Assembly (NCBI GenBank): GCA_965238005.1
Contig: OZ250165.1
Span: 1,824,001-1,888,000 of the forward strand
Direction of reading: 5' to 3'
From: Longimicrobiales bacterium
GTDB lineage: Bacteria; Gemmatimonadota; Gemmatimonadetes; Longimicrobiales; Gaopeijiaceae
Length of the DNA: 64,000 nt
Of the stretch, positions 52,885-62,899 are shown piece after piece. Under the pieces are notes generated by a model. That model had not been told where the DNA came from, ran no database searches, and was given only the letters and a program-made list of their open reading frames with translations. Both the position numbers and the translations under genes were made by a program. Numbering within the stretch: the first letter of the stretch is position 1; the number at the start of each line of letters is the position of its first letter.

Positions 52885-52912
52885 ACTTTACATAATATAT
52901 ATTATACGCACT
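52885..52912 (-). other. dif: dif site (XerC/XerD chromosome dimer resolution site)
   Basis: Minus strand reads AGTGCGTATAA-TATATA-TTATGTAAAGT, versus E. coli GGTGCGCATAA-TGTATA-TTATGTTAAAT; AT-rich island between convergent genes. Confidence 0.9.
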
Positions 52913-53012
52913 TCGGTTTGGATCCCATCAACAGGGTTCGGATCCCATAAGAAGGCCGGATCCCGCAGCATTCCCGAGATCCAGCCCCTTCAACCCTGAC
53001 AGAGATCCTTCC

Positions 53013-53717
53013 TCAGCCCAATCCTTCCGCCACCTCTCGCATTTCGGCGAGGCGGAGCTCGTAGATGCCTCGGCCCGGGTCATCGGCCTCGAAGGTGGCC
53101 AGGATCCGCTCGTACAGCTCTGCCGCCCCTTCGATGTCCTCCTGCCGATGCCGCGTCCGCGCCGCGCTGTCCAGGGCGTCCCGGATCTGGAAGTCGAGCT
53201 GGGCGCGATCAGCGACATCGAGGTAGAGCGCCTCTGCATCGGACCACCGCCCCTGGTCCTCGTAGGCCCGGGCCAGCAGAGAGTTGCCCTGGATCCCCAA
53301 TGCGTCTCCGAGTCCCAGGTCGCCTCGCTCGAGCACGCTGATGCCGACGGCCGCGTCTCCGGCCTCGAGATGCAGCCGCCCGAGGAGAACGACGGCCTCA
53401 CGTGCTTGCTCGGTGCCCTCGAAACTCTCCAGGAAGGTGCTGAGCTGTGCCTTGGCGTCCTCGAAGGCCGAGATCGAGATCGTCTGGTGGATCGACTCCA
53501 GCTGGTTCACGGCCTGAGTGACCAGCGAACGCTGGAAGTTCACGTAATACACGCCACCGGCCACGAGCAGGGCTACGACAACCCCGCTGAGCACCAGGAG
53601 CTGACGATTCTCGCTAGCCCACTGCGAGAAGTCCATGACTCCGGCGACAAAGGTGTCATCTCGCTGCTCGGGAGTGTGCGGCGTACGCCGTGACGAGGGG
53701 TGGTGGCGCTTCGACAT
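53013..53717 (-). CDS. YfgM-like membrane-anchored TPR protein
   Basis: Single N-terminal transmembrane segment after a D.F motif, followed by helical TPR-like repeats. Confidence 0.75.
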   Translation of the reverse strand: MSKRHHPSSRRTPHTPEQRDDTFVAGVMDFSQWASENRQLLVLSGVVVALLVAGGVYYVNFQRSLVTQAVNQLESIHQTISISAFEDAKAQLSTFLESFEGTEQAREAVVLLGRLHLEAGDAAVGISVLERGDLGLGDALGIQGNSLLARAYEDQGRWSDAEALYLDVADRAQLDFQIRDALDSAARTRHRQEDIEGAAELYERILATFEADDPGRGIYELRLAEMREVAEGLG

Positions 53718-53761
53718 CGTGACTATTCGACCTCGTTGTAAATTCCGCTAAAGGACTGGAA

Positions 53762-53790
53762 AACCTAGCGTTAGCGGAATTTGCGGTCAA
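53762..53790 (-). promoter_or_regulatory. Putative sigma70 promoter of the TPR gene
   Basis: Minus strand TTGACC-17 bp-TAGGTT. Confidence 0.55.
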
Positions 53791-54482
53791 CGGGTCGAAC
53801 GCTTCCGTGGCCGTCGTCGCGAGGCCTCCGACCCGGCCTTTCGCAGGGCACCGGGCTTGGCGATGATCAGCGCCCGGGGCCGCTGTCGGAGCACTCCCTC
53901 GTAGATCCAATCGTTGAGGGCGGTCGTGACCGTGGACCGGTGGGCTCCCGCCAGGTCCGCGAGCTCCTGATGGGTGAACCAGTGCTCCAAGCGGATCCGC
54001 CGTCCGTCGTCGTCCCCGAGCCGGTCCGCGAGATCGAGCAGAACATCGGCGATTCGGGCCTTTGAGGACGAGCCCGAGGAGCCCGCGATTCGCCGCGCCA
54101 CCGCGAGATCACGGTCGTAGCTCGACAGGAATATCCCAAGGGTCTTGGGCGATCCCCGGAGAGCCTTGAACACGCCGACGCCACTGAGGGGGAGGACGAC
54201 GCAGGCCGATCCCGCCACAGCCGTGTAGCGGCGCGGGACGTCCGTCGTAACGGACTCTTCACCGAATACCTCACCAGAGCCCGCGACGGCGACCGTGCGC
54301 TCGGTCTCCGTCCCCGTACGTGGAAGCGTCAGACGGACATGACCCTCCTGGACGAGGAAAACCACTTCAGCCTCTTCACCACGTCCGAAGATGGTCTGTC
54401 CCTTCCGGTACTCGACGGGTGTGGCCACCTTGATCAGCCTGTTCAGCTTTCGATCCCGCCGCGGAATCACCTTTAGTGGCAT
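53787..54482 (-). CDS. Crp/Fnr family transcriptional regulator
   Basis: cNMP-binding fold (G.VRL, GEVFGE) and HTH THQELADLAGAHRSTVT..LN. Confidence 0.92.
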   Translation of the reverse strand: MPLKVIPRRDRKLNRLIKVATPVEYRKGQTIFGRGEEAEVVFLVQEGHVRLTLPRTGTETERTVAVAGSGEVFGEESVTTDVPRRYTAVAGSACVVLPLSGVGVFKALRGSPKTLGIFLSSYDRDLAVARRIAGSSGSSSKARIADVLLDLADRLGDDDGRRIRLEHWFTHQELADLAGAHRSTVTTALNDWIYEGVLRQRPRALIIAKPGALRKAGSEASRRRPRKRSTR

Positions 54483-54492
54483 GCTTTCCTTT

Positions 54493-55709
54493 CTACAGGT
54501 GTTGCGCCCACCGGTGAGCCCGGAGGACCGGATGGAAGGCCAACGCGGTCCCGGCGAGGAGCACCGGAATCGAGACCAGAGCCGCCGCGCGAGCCCCCAT
54601 GAGGTCCCCGAGGACGCCCGTCACAAGAACTCCCACCGATCCGGTGGCCCAGGCCAGCCCCATGACGATCCCCGAGCCGACTGCCGTACTCTCTCAGGAA
54701 CGATCTCCTGGGCCATCACAACGATGGGTGGCAGGAGTGCCATATTGAGGAATCCAGAGCACGCAGCAAAGAGGAGAGCCGAAAGTGATCCCGCCGGAAG
54801 CCAAATTGCCAGCATGTGGACCGGCACGGCAAGGGCCGTGATACCTGCCAGAAGTCGCGCTCGGTCAACCCGATCCGTCAGCATGCCACCGGTGATGGTC
54901 CCCGCTCCCTGTGCGCCGAGATAGATGCTCAGCGTCACGGCGCCCATGGCCTCGGAGACCCCCGCGTCGGCAGCGACGATGGGCGCCATGGTGATGAACA
55001 CGCGTTGTACGAAGGCTCCCAGTGCGCTGATGGCGAAGATCACGCCCAGAGGTCCCTTGAGGCCTCGTAGCACGTCCCTGGGGGAAGGTGGAGGAGCGGC
55101 ATCGGCGTGGGGTCGATCCGGCGGAAGCACACGGGAGAGAAGCACCGCGGCGGCGAGGGCCGGCAGCATCGCGATCCACAGTCCCCTCATTCCCATGATC
55201 GACACCAGACCGACCGCCACCAGGGGACCGACGGCGAACCCCATGGCGCCCCCGAATGAAAAGAGAGAAAGCCGCAGTCCACTCCCCTTCCCCTCCGATA
55301 CCCGGGCCGACATGGCTGCCGCCGGCGGGTGGAAGACCGCACTTCCCATGCCTCCGAGCGCGAGAAGAACCATCAGCAGGCCGAACGTCGGCGCGACGCC
55401 CATCAAGGATAGGAACACGCCGGAGATGAGTGGCCCGGCGATGATGAGCAGCTTGCGGCCATAGCGATCCGCCCAGTAGCCGACGAGGGGCTGGAGAAGC
55501 GAGGCGGCCAGGGACAGCGTCATGACGAGCGACGCAGCCATGGCGATGGAGAGCCCGAGGTTCTCCATGATCCTGGGAAGCAGCGGATGCAGGAAGGAGG
55601 CGTACGCGTCGTTCAGCGCGTGGGCGACGCCGACCGCCAAAGCCACACCTCCGGCCCCCCCTCCGAATGCTCGGATCCGGCGAGATTCTTCGACGCTGGT
55701 GACGTGCAT
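54493..55709 (-). pseudogene. MFS transporter (Fsr-like) with a frameshift near the 3' end
   Basis: HALND.Y, QPLVG.WADRYGR, FHP; an extra GA at 54689-54695 shifts the frame; the corrected frame reads PESTAVGSGIVMGLAW... to TAG at 54493. Confidence 0.8.
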
Positions 55710-55870
55710 CCCGGGAGCTTACAGGTCGAGGCTGATGCGCGCTACCGGCCCTGAAAACGTCCACGCGCCCACTCCGGAAGCCTGGCTGAGTCCTCGGTGC
55801 CGTCCTATGCTGAAGTCATCGGTCGGGCCAGCCTTCGACGCTCCCGGACCGCTCGGGCGCCCCTCACCCC

Positions 55871-56254
55871 ATGGCCGAGGAGATCATGGATCGGACATTC
55901 GCCCTCATCGGATCGCTCCTGGCAATGGTGGCCGTGATCTTCGGAGCCTTCGGCGCGCATGCTCTGAGGGGGCGTCTGAGCCCGGAGGACCTGATCACGT
56001 TCGAGACCGGCGTTCGCTACCAGATGTACCACGCGCTGGCGCTCCTCGCCGTCGCCTGGGCCGCGTCACGGTGGCCGTCTGGAGCCACCACGGCCGCGGG
56101 GTGGCTCTTCGTCCTGGGCATCGTCGTCTTCTCCGGCAGCCTGTACGTCCTGGTTCTGACTGGACAGCGCTGGCTCGGTGCCGTCACGCCCCTGGGAGGG
56201 CTGGCCATGATCGGCGGCTGGGCGAGCCTCGCCTGGGCGATATTCCGTGGATGA
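55871..56254 (+). CDS. DUF423 (YgdD/TMEM256) membrane protein
   Basis: GAFGAH.L, YQMYH.LAL, FSGSLY, LGAVTPLGG. Confidence 0.93.
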   Translation: MAEEIMDRTFALIGSLLAMVAVIFGAFGAHALRGRLSPEDLITFETGVRYQMYHALALLAVAWAASRWPSGATTAAGWLFVLGIVVFSGSLYVLVLTGQRWLGAVTPLGGLAMIGGWASLAWAIFRG

Positions 56255-57063
56255 CTGAAGGGCTGATCAAGGCTGTGACTGATCCGGACCGGGCGATCGG
56301 CGAGGCCCGGCGCCTCCTCGAGTCGGCCGAGAGCACCCTCGTGCTCACGGGCGCCGGGGTAAGCGCCGAGTCGGGTGTCCCGACCTTCAGAGGACCCGAC
56401 GGACTGTGGAAGAGCCACCGGCCCGAGCAACTCGCGACCCCCCAGGCGTTCCGGGCAGATCCCCGCCTCGTCTGGGAGTGGTACGGATGGCGCCGGGAGC
56501 GGGTGGCTGCGTGCCGCCCCAACGCGGCCCACGAAGCCCTGGCCCGCCTTACGCTACGGGACCCACGCTCCAGAATCGTGACCCAGAACGTCGACGGCCT
56601 GCACGAGCTGGCTCTCGAGGAGGTGGGGGCTCGGGACGGCGCAGATCCCACGTCACGAGGGGCGCTCCCGCTGGAGCTCCATGGCTCCCTCTTCCGGGTT
56701 CGCTGCGTAGCATGTCGGTTCCGCGTTGGACATCGGGGCCCGGTTGACGCCACCAGCGAGGATTCCCTTCCCCGCTGCCCCGAATGCGACAGCCTGCTCC
56801 GGCCGGACGTCGTCTGGTTCGGCGAGTCCCTGGAGCCGATGACGCTGGACGCCGCCGTCACCGCTGCCGAGTCCGCCGAGGTCTGCCTGGTGGTGGGCAC
56901 GAGCGCCGTGGTCCACCCGGCCGCCTCGCTTCCCCTTCTCACCCGTCGGGCCGGGGGTGTCGTCGTGGAGGTCAATCCGGCGCCCACGCCTCTGTCTGGA
57001 GTGGCCCGGATGAGCTTCCGGGCACCGGCCGCCGACATCGTCCCCCGACTTCTCGCCCCCTGA
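56251..57063 (+). CDS. cobB: NAD-dependent protein deacylase (class III sirtuin)
   Basis: TGAGVSAESGVPTFRG, YxxR, TQNVDGLH, ELHGS, two CxxC, RPDVVWFGE, GTS. Confidence 0.95.
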   Translation: MTEGLIKAVTDPDRAIGEARRLLESAESTLVLTGAGVSAESGVPTFRGPDGLWKSHRPEQLATPQAFRADPRLVWEWYGWRRERVAACRPNAAHEALARLTLRDPRSRIVTQNVDGLHELALEEVGARDGADPTSRGALPLELHGSLFRVRCVACRFRVGHRGPVDATSEDSLPRCPECDSLLRPDVVWFGESLEPMTLDAAVTAAESAEVCLVVGTSAVVHPAASLPLLTRRAGGVVVEVNPAPTPLSGVARMSFRAPAADIVPRLLAP

Positions 57064-57290
57064 TCCGGATCGGCGAATCAAGCCGATCGGTGAGACGCCT
57101 TGACGCGGCTGGGAGCCTGTGGCGTACGTATAGGACGAACCGATCCGGGAACTGGGACACTTTATCCGGGTCTTTCTATTCGGTACGCAAGCTGGTCTCT
57201 CCAGGACGTGCGGCGTTCAGTTTATCATGTGCCGTGGGTCGAGCCTGTGACTCCCGGAATGGCACGGAAACCGCCGGAGGCTCACAGGCC

Positions 57291-59160
57291 ATGCGTAAGC
57301 CAGATGTTCCTCTCCTCGTTCTCTCCCTGGCACTTGTCACGGCCTGTAGCGCCGGAGATGGTGGTGTGGCGGATGACCCAACCGGCCCCCCCCCCTCCCC
57401 CTCCCCCTCCCCCGCCGCAGCTTCTGTGCCCCGCGGGTGGTGAGCTCAGCCTGGCGGTGGGAGAACAGGTGATCGTCAGGGACCAGTCCACGTACTGCTT
57501 CAACTTCGCCCCGACCGGCTCGGTCACCGAGTACCTCCTCGGCGTGCAGTCGGTCGGCGAGGGTGGAGTCGTGGTGAGGAACATCACGGTCAGGGGCGAG
57601 CGGGTCATGGCGGCGGCCCTACAGGCCGCGGCCCAGGCCGCCCCTCCAGCCCGGTCCGACCCCGGCGGAGCACTCCAACTGTCGCCGGAGCTCCTCAGGC
57701 ATCCCGGATTCCAGCTCCTGCGGGAACATCGGGAAGCCCACGGCGCCATGTTTGCACGCATGCTCCAGCCGGTGCGGGACCCATTCGTGCGCCAGGGTAT
57801 TCGCTCCGTTGCGCAACGGGGTCCGGCACGCGCCATCGTCACGGGAGCCGAAGAGGTGGGTGACCAAGTGGAGTTGCGGGTACTTAAGGGGGGGGCCAGC
57901 GACTGCACGCAGAGCTCTAGCATAACGGTGTTGGCCGAGCTGAGGGTCAAGAACGAGAAGTCCATGTGGTTCGTGGACGTCGAGAATCCGGCCGGGGGGT
58001 TCACGGACGCGCAGCTCCAGGAGATGGCCGACCTCTTCGACAACAACATCTACGCCACCGAGACCGCCCACTTCGGTGTGGTCAGCGACAGGGACAATAA
58101 CGGACGGATCGGCGTCGTCGTGACCAAGGAGATCAACGTCGACAACGATGACGGGCCTCAGGTCGTCGGCTTCGCGAACCCCTGCGACTTCTTCACCAGA
58201 GAGGAGACCGGTGCGCAGAACGACCTCCACACGAGCAACGAGGGCGAGTTCGTCTACGCCATTGCGCCCGATCCGGACGCAATCGTGGGGCGGGCGTGGG
58301 ATACGGACCTCATGTTCGATTTCCTCCCGGTGGTCATCGCCCACGAGTTCGCCCACATCATCCAGTTCAGCTCCCGCTTCCCCCCAGAGCTAGAATCGTT
58401 TGAGTTCATGGCCCTGTTCATGGCGGAGGGTATGGCGACCCTCGGCGAGGAGATCGTGGGTCACTCCATCATCGGAAACGCTCCCGGCCAGAATCTCGAC
58501 GTGGCAGTGGCTCTCGACCTCGACGACACCCAGATCTTTCCCTGGTACTCAAACCCGTGGCTCGACCTGGTCTTCTACTTCGGCTGGCCCGGTGGAGAAG
58601 TCGACGACGACACGCCACGAGTCGAGGGAGCGCCCCAGGAGTGCACCTGGACCGACGAAGGCGAGGACGATCCGTGCGGGAGTCGACCGCTGTGGTACGG
58701 CGTGACGTGGTCGTTCCTCCGCTGGGCCGCGGACCAGTTCGGCGAGGAGCTCGGGGGTGAGCCGGCACTGTACCAGACTCTCATCAACAACAACGTGGCG
58801 GGATTCGACAACCTGCGGGAGATCCTGGGCCAGTTTGGTCCCCTGGAGCACCTCCTGGCCCAGTGGGCCGCCGCGTTCTACATGGACGATCGTCCGGGAC
58901 AGTCCGACCCGAGGCATGTGGTGGCGAGCTGGGACTACTATAGCGTGCTTCATAGGGCTCCGAGGCGCCTGAGGCCCCAGGCCTGGCTCGAGCCCGTTAG
59001 GAAGTCCTACGGCGACTTCACGGAGGAGATAAAGGTCCGGGATCCGTCCACCGCGTACTTCCTGGTGGGGGGATCGGTCGCTCCCCAGTACTCCCTGTTA
59101 GTCGAAAGGAGGGTACAGCCTACCCTGATCCTTTACACAATGGCCTACACTGATGGTTGA
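57291..59160 (+). pseudogene. Lipoprotein zinc metallopeptidase (HEXXH), frameshifted at a C10 tract and probably cut by an IS at the 3' end
   Basis: ATG 57291 with RBS and lipobox VTA-C; AHEFAH..Q and AEG.A lie in the +1 frame; removing one C from 57386-57395 joins them. Confidence 0.78.
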
Positions 59161-60047
59161 CAGGTTCCTATCAACCAGGGTTCTGCAACTAGGAGAGCCC
59201 GATGCACTGGAACCGGTCGACCATGTACGAGCAAAGAGTACGCTTCATCCTCGAAGTGCAGCAACGGACATTCAGTTTCTGCGAGTCCTGTAGGCGTTAC
59301 GGCATCAGCAGGACCGCGGGATACACGTGGTGGAAACGGTTTCTCGTGGGAGGATTTGAAGGGCTCCACGACCGATCGCACCGACCCCATCACTGCCCGC
59401 ACGCTATAGCGGATCCGATCGTCGAACACATCGTGGATCTGCGTCAGCGCTACGGATGGGGATCACGCAAGATCCGCAAACTCACAGCCGAGAGGTTCGG
59501 CCGGGCCCCAGCTCGCAGGACGATCGACCGCATTTTCGAGCGTCACGACCTGATCACGAAGAAGCGCAGACGCTCCGGCAAACCGGGCCATCCCGGCAAG
59601 CCGCTCACTCCCATGGATGAGCCCAATGCGGTCTGGACCGTCGACTTCAAGGGCCAGTTCAAGATGCGCAACGGCCGCTACTGCTATCCCCTCACCATCC
59701 AGGACGGCTGCAGCCGATTCCTGCTCGAGTGCAGAGGGCTGTACTCCACGTCGATCGAGCTCGCAAAGCCTGTCTTCATCAGGACTTTCCGCGAGTTCGG
59801 CCTTCCCGCCGTCATCCGCTCCGACAACGGTACGCCCTTCGCTTCCATCGGCCTCGCTCGGCTCACACGTCTCAGCGCTTGGTGGATCCGTCTCGGCATC
59901 CGGCCTGAGACCATCGAGCCTGGAAAGCCGCAGCAGAACGGCCGACACGAGCGTATGCACCGAACCCTCAAGCGCGAAGCTACTCGCCCGCCGAAGGCCA
60001 ACCTCAGCGCGCAGCAGCGCCACTTCAACGACTTCCTCCACATCTTC
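59096..60047 (+). mobile_element. IS481-family element, truncated (transposase from 59202)
   Basis: N-terminal HTH, WTVDFKG, RSDNG.PF, QQNGRHERMHRTLK; left end inferred at TGT 59096; cut at 60047 by the IS3 element. Confidence 0.85.
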
Positions 60048-60171
60048 TGGAGCTGTCCCGTTTCAGTGGACGGGTGAACACTGAGGTTTATAGTCTGTCC
60101 CCCTCGCTGGGGAGAGGAAAGCTTCCCCCGCGCAGCGGGGGAGTAAAGGGCAACTTGGCCACGCAGGTTTC

Positions 60172-61023
60172 TCATGCTGCCGCTCCGTGGCGACGCTCGA
60201 AGTTGATGGGCGACAGCTGACCCAGTGCCGAGTGTCGCCTCCGGGGGTTGTAGAAGCCCTCGATGAAGTCGAACACGGCCATCTTCGCCTCGGCCTGGGT
60301 CCGGAAGCGCTGCCGGTCGAGTAGCTCGCACTCGAGCGTCGCGAAGAAGCTCTCGCACATCGCGTTGTCGTAGGCGTCGCCCACGGAGCCCATCGAGGGC
60401 CGCACACCGACATCGTTGCAGCGTAGGCCGAAGGCGATCGAGGTGTACTGGGTTCCCTGATCACTGTGATGGATGACGCATTCGGGCCGGCGCTGCCAGG
60501 TCGCCATGTTCAGCGCGTCCAGGACGAGCTCGGTGCGCAGGTGCGTAGCCATCGACCACCCGACCACCCGCCTGCTCCAGACGTCGAGCACAACCGCGAG
60601 GTACAAGAACCCCGCCCAGGTCGGGATGTAGGTGATGTCGGCCACCCACAACTGGTCTGGCCCGTCTGCGCTGAAGTCCCGCTCGATGAGATCCGGCGCG
60701 GGACGGGCGTCCTCGTTGCGCCTGGTCGTCTTCGGGCCGCGCCGCCTCCGGCTAGCTCCCACAATCTCGGCCTGCTTCATGAGCCGGCCCACCCGCTTCT
60801 CACCGACCCGCTCGCCAGCTTCCTTGAGGTCCGCGTAGATGCGGGGCCGGCCATAGACCCTTCGGTTCTCGCGCCAGACCGTCTCGATCCGCTCTGTGAG
60901 CTCCTCATCTCGCTTCGCCCGAGCCGAAGGCTCGCGATCCAACCAGGCGTAGTAGCCGCTGGGGGAGAGATCCAGCACACGGCACATCGCCCGCACAGGG
61001 AAGTCGGCCTGATTCGTCTTCAT
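60172..61023 (-). CDS. IS3 OrfB DDE transposase
   Basis: WVADITY, HHSDQG.QY, DNA..ESFF..L..E. Confidence 0.95.
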   Translation of the reverse strand: MKTNQADFPVRAMCRVLDLSPSGYYAWLDREPSARAKRDEELTERIETVWRENRRVYGRPRIYADLKEAGERVGEKRVGRLMKQAEIVGASRRRRGPKTTRRNEDARPAPDLIERDFSADGPDQLWVADITYIPTWAGFLYLAVVLDVWSRRVVGWSMATHLRTELVLDALNMATWQRRPECVIHHSDQGTQYTSIAFGLRCNDVGVRPSMGSVGDAYDNAMCESFFATLECELLDRQRFRTQAEAKMAVFDFIEGFYNPRRRHSALGQLSPINFERRHGAAA

Positions 61024-61334
61024 GAACTCGAACCCCGTTCCGGGATCGAGTTGCTCTCCCGAGCAAACCAGGCGGCGGCTTTTTTTAGAATCTCCTGCTC
61101 CATGCGCAGACGCTTGTTGTCACGCCGAAGCTGCCTGAGTTCCCCACGCTCCTCCGTCGTCAGCCCGTCACTGCGACGGCCTTCATCCAAGTCAGCTTGT
61201 TTGACCCAGTTCCGTATCGCCCCGTTTGAGGGCTCGAACTCCCGGGCCAGCTCCTCCACGGAGCGGCCCGACCTGACCAACTCGACCATCTGCCGCCGAA
61301 ACTCCGGCGGGTACGGCGCATGTGTTCTTGGCAT
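61020..61334 (-). CDS. IS3 OrfA
   Basis: YPPEFR, HTH, leucine zipper, EILKKAAA.FA. Confidence 0.95.
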   Translation of the reverse strand: MPRTHAPYPPEFRRQMVELVRSGRSVEELAREFEPSNGAIRNWVKQADLDEGRRSDGLTTEERGELRQLRRDNKRLRMEQEILKKAAAWFARESNSIPERGSSS

Positions 61335-61392
61335 CGTGGACTCCTCCTGTCTCCCTCACTACTGAGGTGTCCACCAAAGCGGGTCAACTCCA

Positions 61393-62782
61393 AGTGCTGG
61401 GTGCCGCCCCTCTCTTGGCCCTCGTGGGCGGGGCGTTGTTCGCGGTCCACCCCGTGCACTCCGAAGCCATCGCAAACGGGGTGGGACGAGGCGACGCCCT
61501 CATGACGCTCTTCATCCTCCTAGGGGTCCTGGCATACCTCCGGCCCTGGCGAGCGGAGTGGATGCGTGTGGCTCTGGTGGCGGCCGCGTATGCACTCGCT
61601 TTAGGCTCCAAGGAGAACGGCGTGGTCCTGCCTGTGCTTCTCATCGCCGTCACGTTCCTCGCGCTGGGGTCGGCGGTGGGAGCTTCACCCACGCCGGACT
61701 CGGCGGTGGGAGCTTCACCCACGCCGGACTCGGCGGTGGGGGCTTCACCCGCCTCGAATTCGGGATCGGTCGGGTCCACCGACTCGCCGCCCCACCGTCC
61801 CCTGCTCTTCCAGTGGCCCCTCTTCCTGGCTCTGGCCACCGTCCTCGCGGGGTACCTCGCGGTTCGCCACCAGGTACTCGGCACGCTCATCCACCGGGAC
61901 GCCGCCCCCTACATCGTCATTCTTCCGGCGTCGCTACGGATGACGACGGCGGTGGCTAACGTGATCGAGCTGGCCCGGCTGCTCCTCGTGCCCAACGACC
62001 TCGCCGCCGACTACGGACCCGACGTGATCGTGCCGGCAGCCATATCTTCGATGCGGTTCTGGGGCGGCCTGGCTGTGGTGGTTGGGTTGGTCGCCCTGGG
62101 GGCGCTGAGCCTCCGCCGCGGGAAGTGGATCGCCCTGGGGGTCGCATGGACCGTATTGGCCATCGCCGTGGTCGGGAACCTGGTCTTTCCGGTGGGCGTC
62201 TGGGTGGCCGAGCGCACACTCTATCTCCCCTCCGTCGGCGTGTCCTTCCTCGCTATCGGCGCCTGGCATCGGTTGGGACTCGGAGCGCCCAAACGCGTCC
62301 AGTCCACGTTCCTCACGGGTATGGCCGTGTTGGTTCTGCTCGGCGGAGCACGGACCTGGACCAGAAACGCGGCGTGGGCCAGCACCGAGGCCGTCTTTCT
62401 GACCCTCGCCGAGGAGCATCCCGAGTCGTACCGGGCCCAGTGGTGGATGGGTCAGACGCTGGTAGACGCCGGACAATTCGACCGAGGTCTCGAGTGGCTG
62501 CGTCAGGCCGGCGATCTGAACCCCAACGAGCTCAGGGTCCAGCTCGACTACGTCCGAGGGCTTCTCCTGGCGGGACGCTCGGAGCAGGCCCTATCGGTCG
62601 TGTCCGATCTTCCGCCCTTCGATCCGGCCCGCGACGTGTACCTGACTCAGAGCCACATCCAGCTGAACCAGCTCGACGAGGCGCAGGCCGCCGTTCGCGC
62701 GGGGTTGTCCCGTTTCCCGGCGGACTCGAGGCTGAGGCGTCAGGCCCAGGAGCTCGGAGTGGAGCCGGACGGAGATCCATAG
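61393..62782 (+). pseudogene. TMTC-like (GT-C plus TPR) membrane protein lacking its 5' part
   Basis: LFAVHPVHSEA....GR.D, SKE, L.ADY, AERTLYLPS.G, C-terminal TPRs; begins abruptly at the IS3 end. Confidence 0.8.
61670..61750 (+). repeat. 30-bp tandem repeat x2.7 encoding SAVGASPTPD
   Basis: TCGGCGGTGGGAGCTTCACCCACGCCGGAC repeated in frame. Confidence 0.9.
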
Positions 62783-62790
62783 GGCTACGT

Positions 62791-62872
62791 TCACTCGATG
62801 CGCAGCGCCTCCATGGGGATCCGTCCGGACGGCGCGCCGTGCAGGCACGTAGCCCGACAGGAGGGCCACCAC
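62791..62872 (-). pseudogene. Relic C-terminus of an FtsX/MacB-type ABC permease
   Basis: VALLSGYVPARRAVRTDP, one extra C, then MEALRIE-stop; this is the typical permease ending. Confidence 0.7.
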
Positions 62873-62899
62873 CTCGGTCGATAGCCTGACATTATAGTA

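Larger units (their letters stand above)
60048..61392 (-). mobile_element. IS3-family insertion sequence, apparently complete (1345 bp)
   Basis: Inverted repeats TGGAGCTGTCCCGTTTCAGTGGAC / TGGAGTTGACCCGCTTTGGTGGAC; orfA and orfB; A7G slippery site at 61079-61086. Confidence 0.95.

Noticed and set aside
52760..53012. CRISPR array or oriC interpretation of the AT-rich, GATC-rich repeats
   Set aside because: The repeats are too short and irregular, no cas genes or DnaA boxes were seen, and dif explains the AT-rich core.
57260..57274. Sigma-54-like TGGCACGGAAACCGC upstream of the lipoprotein
   Set aside because: The spacing is correct, but the -12 box is CCGC rather than TTGC, and the implied TSS would fall downstream of the RBS.
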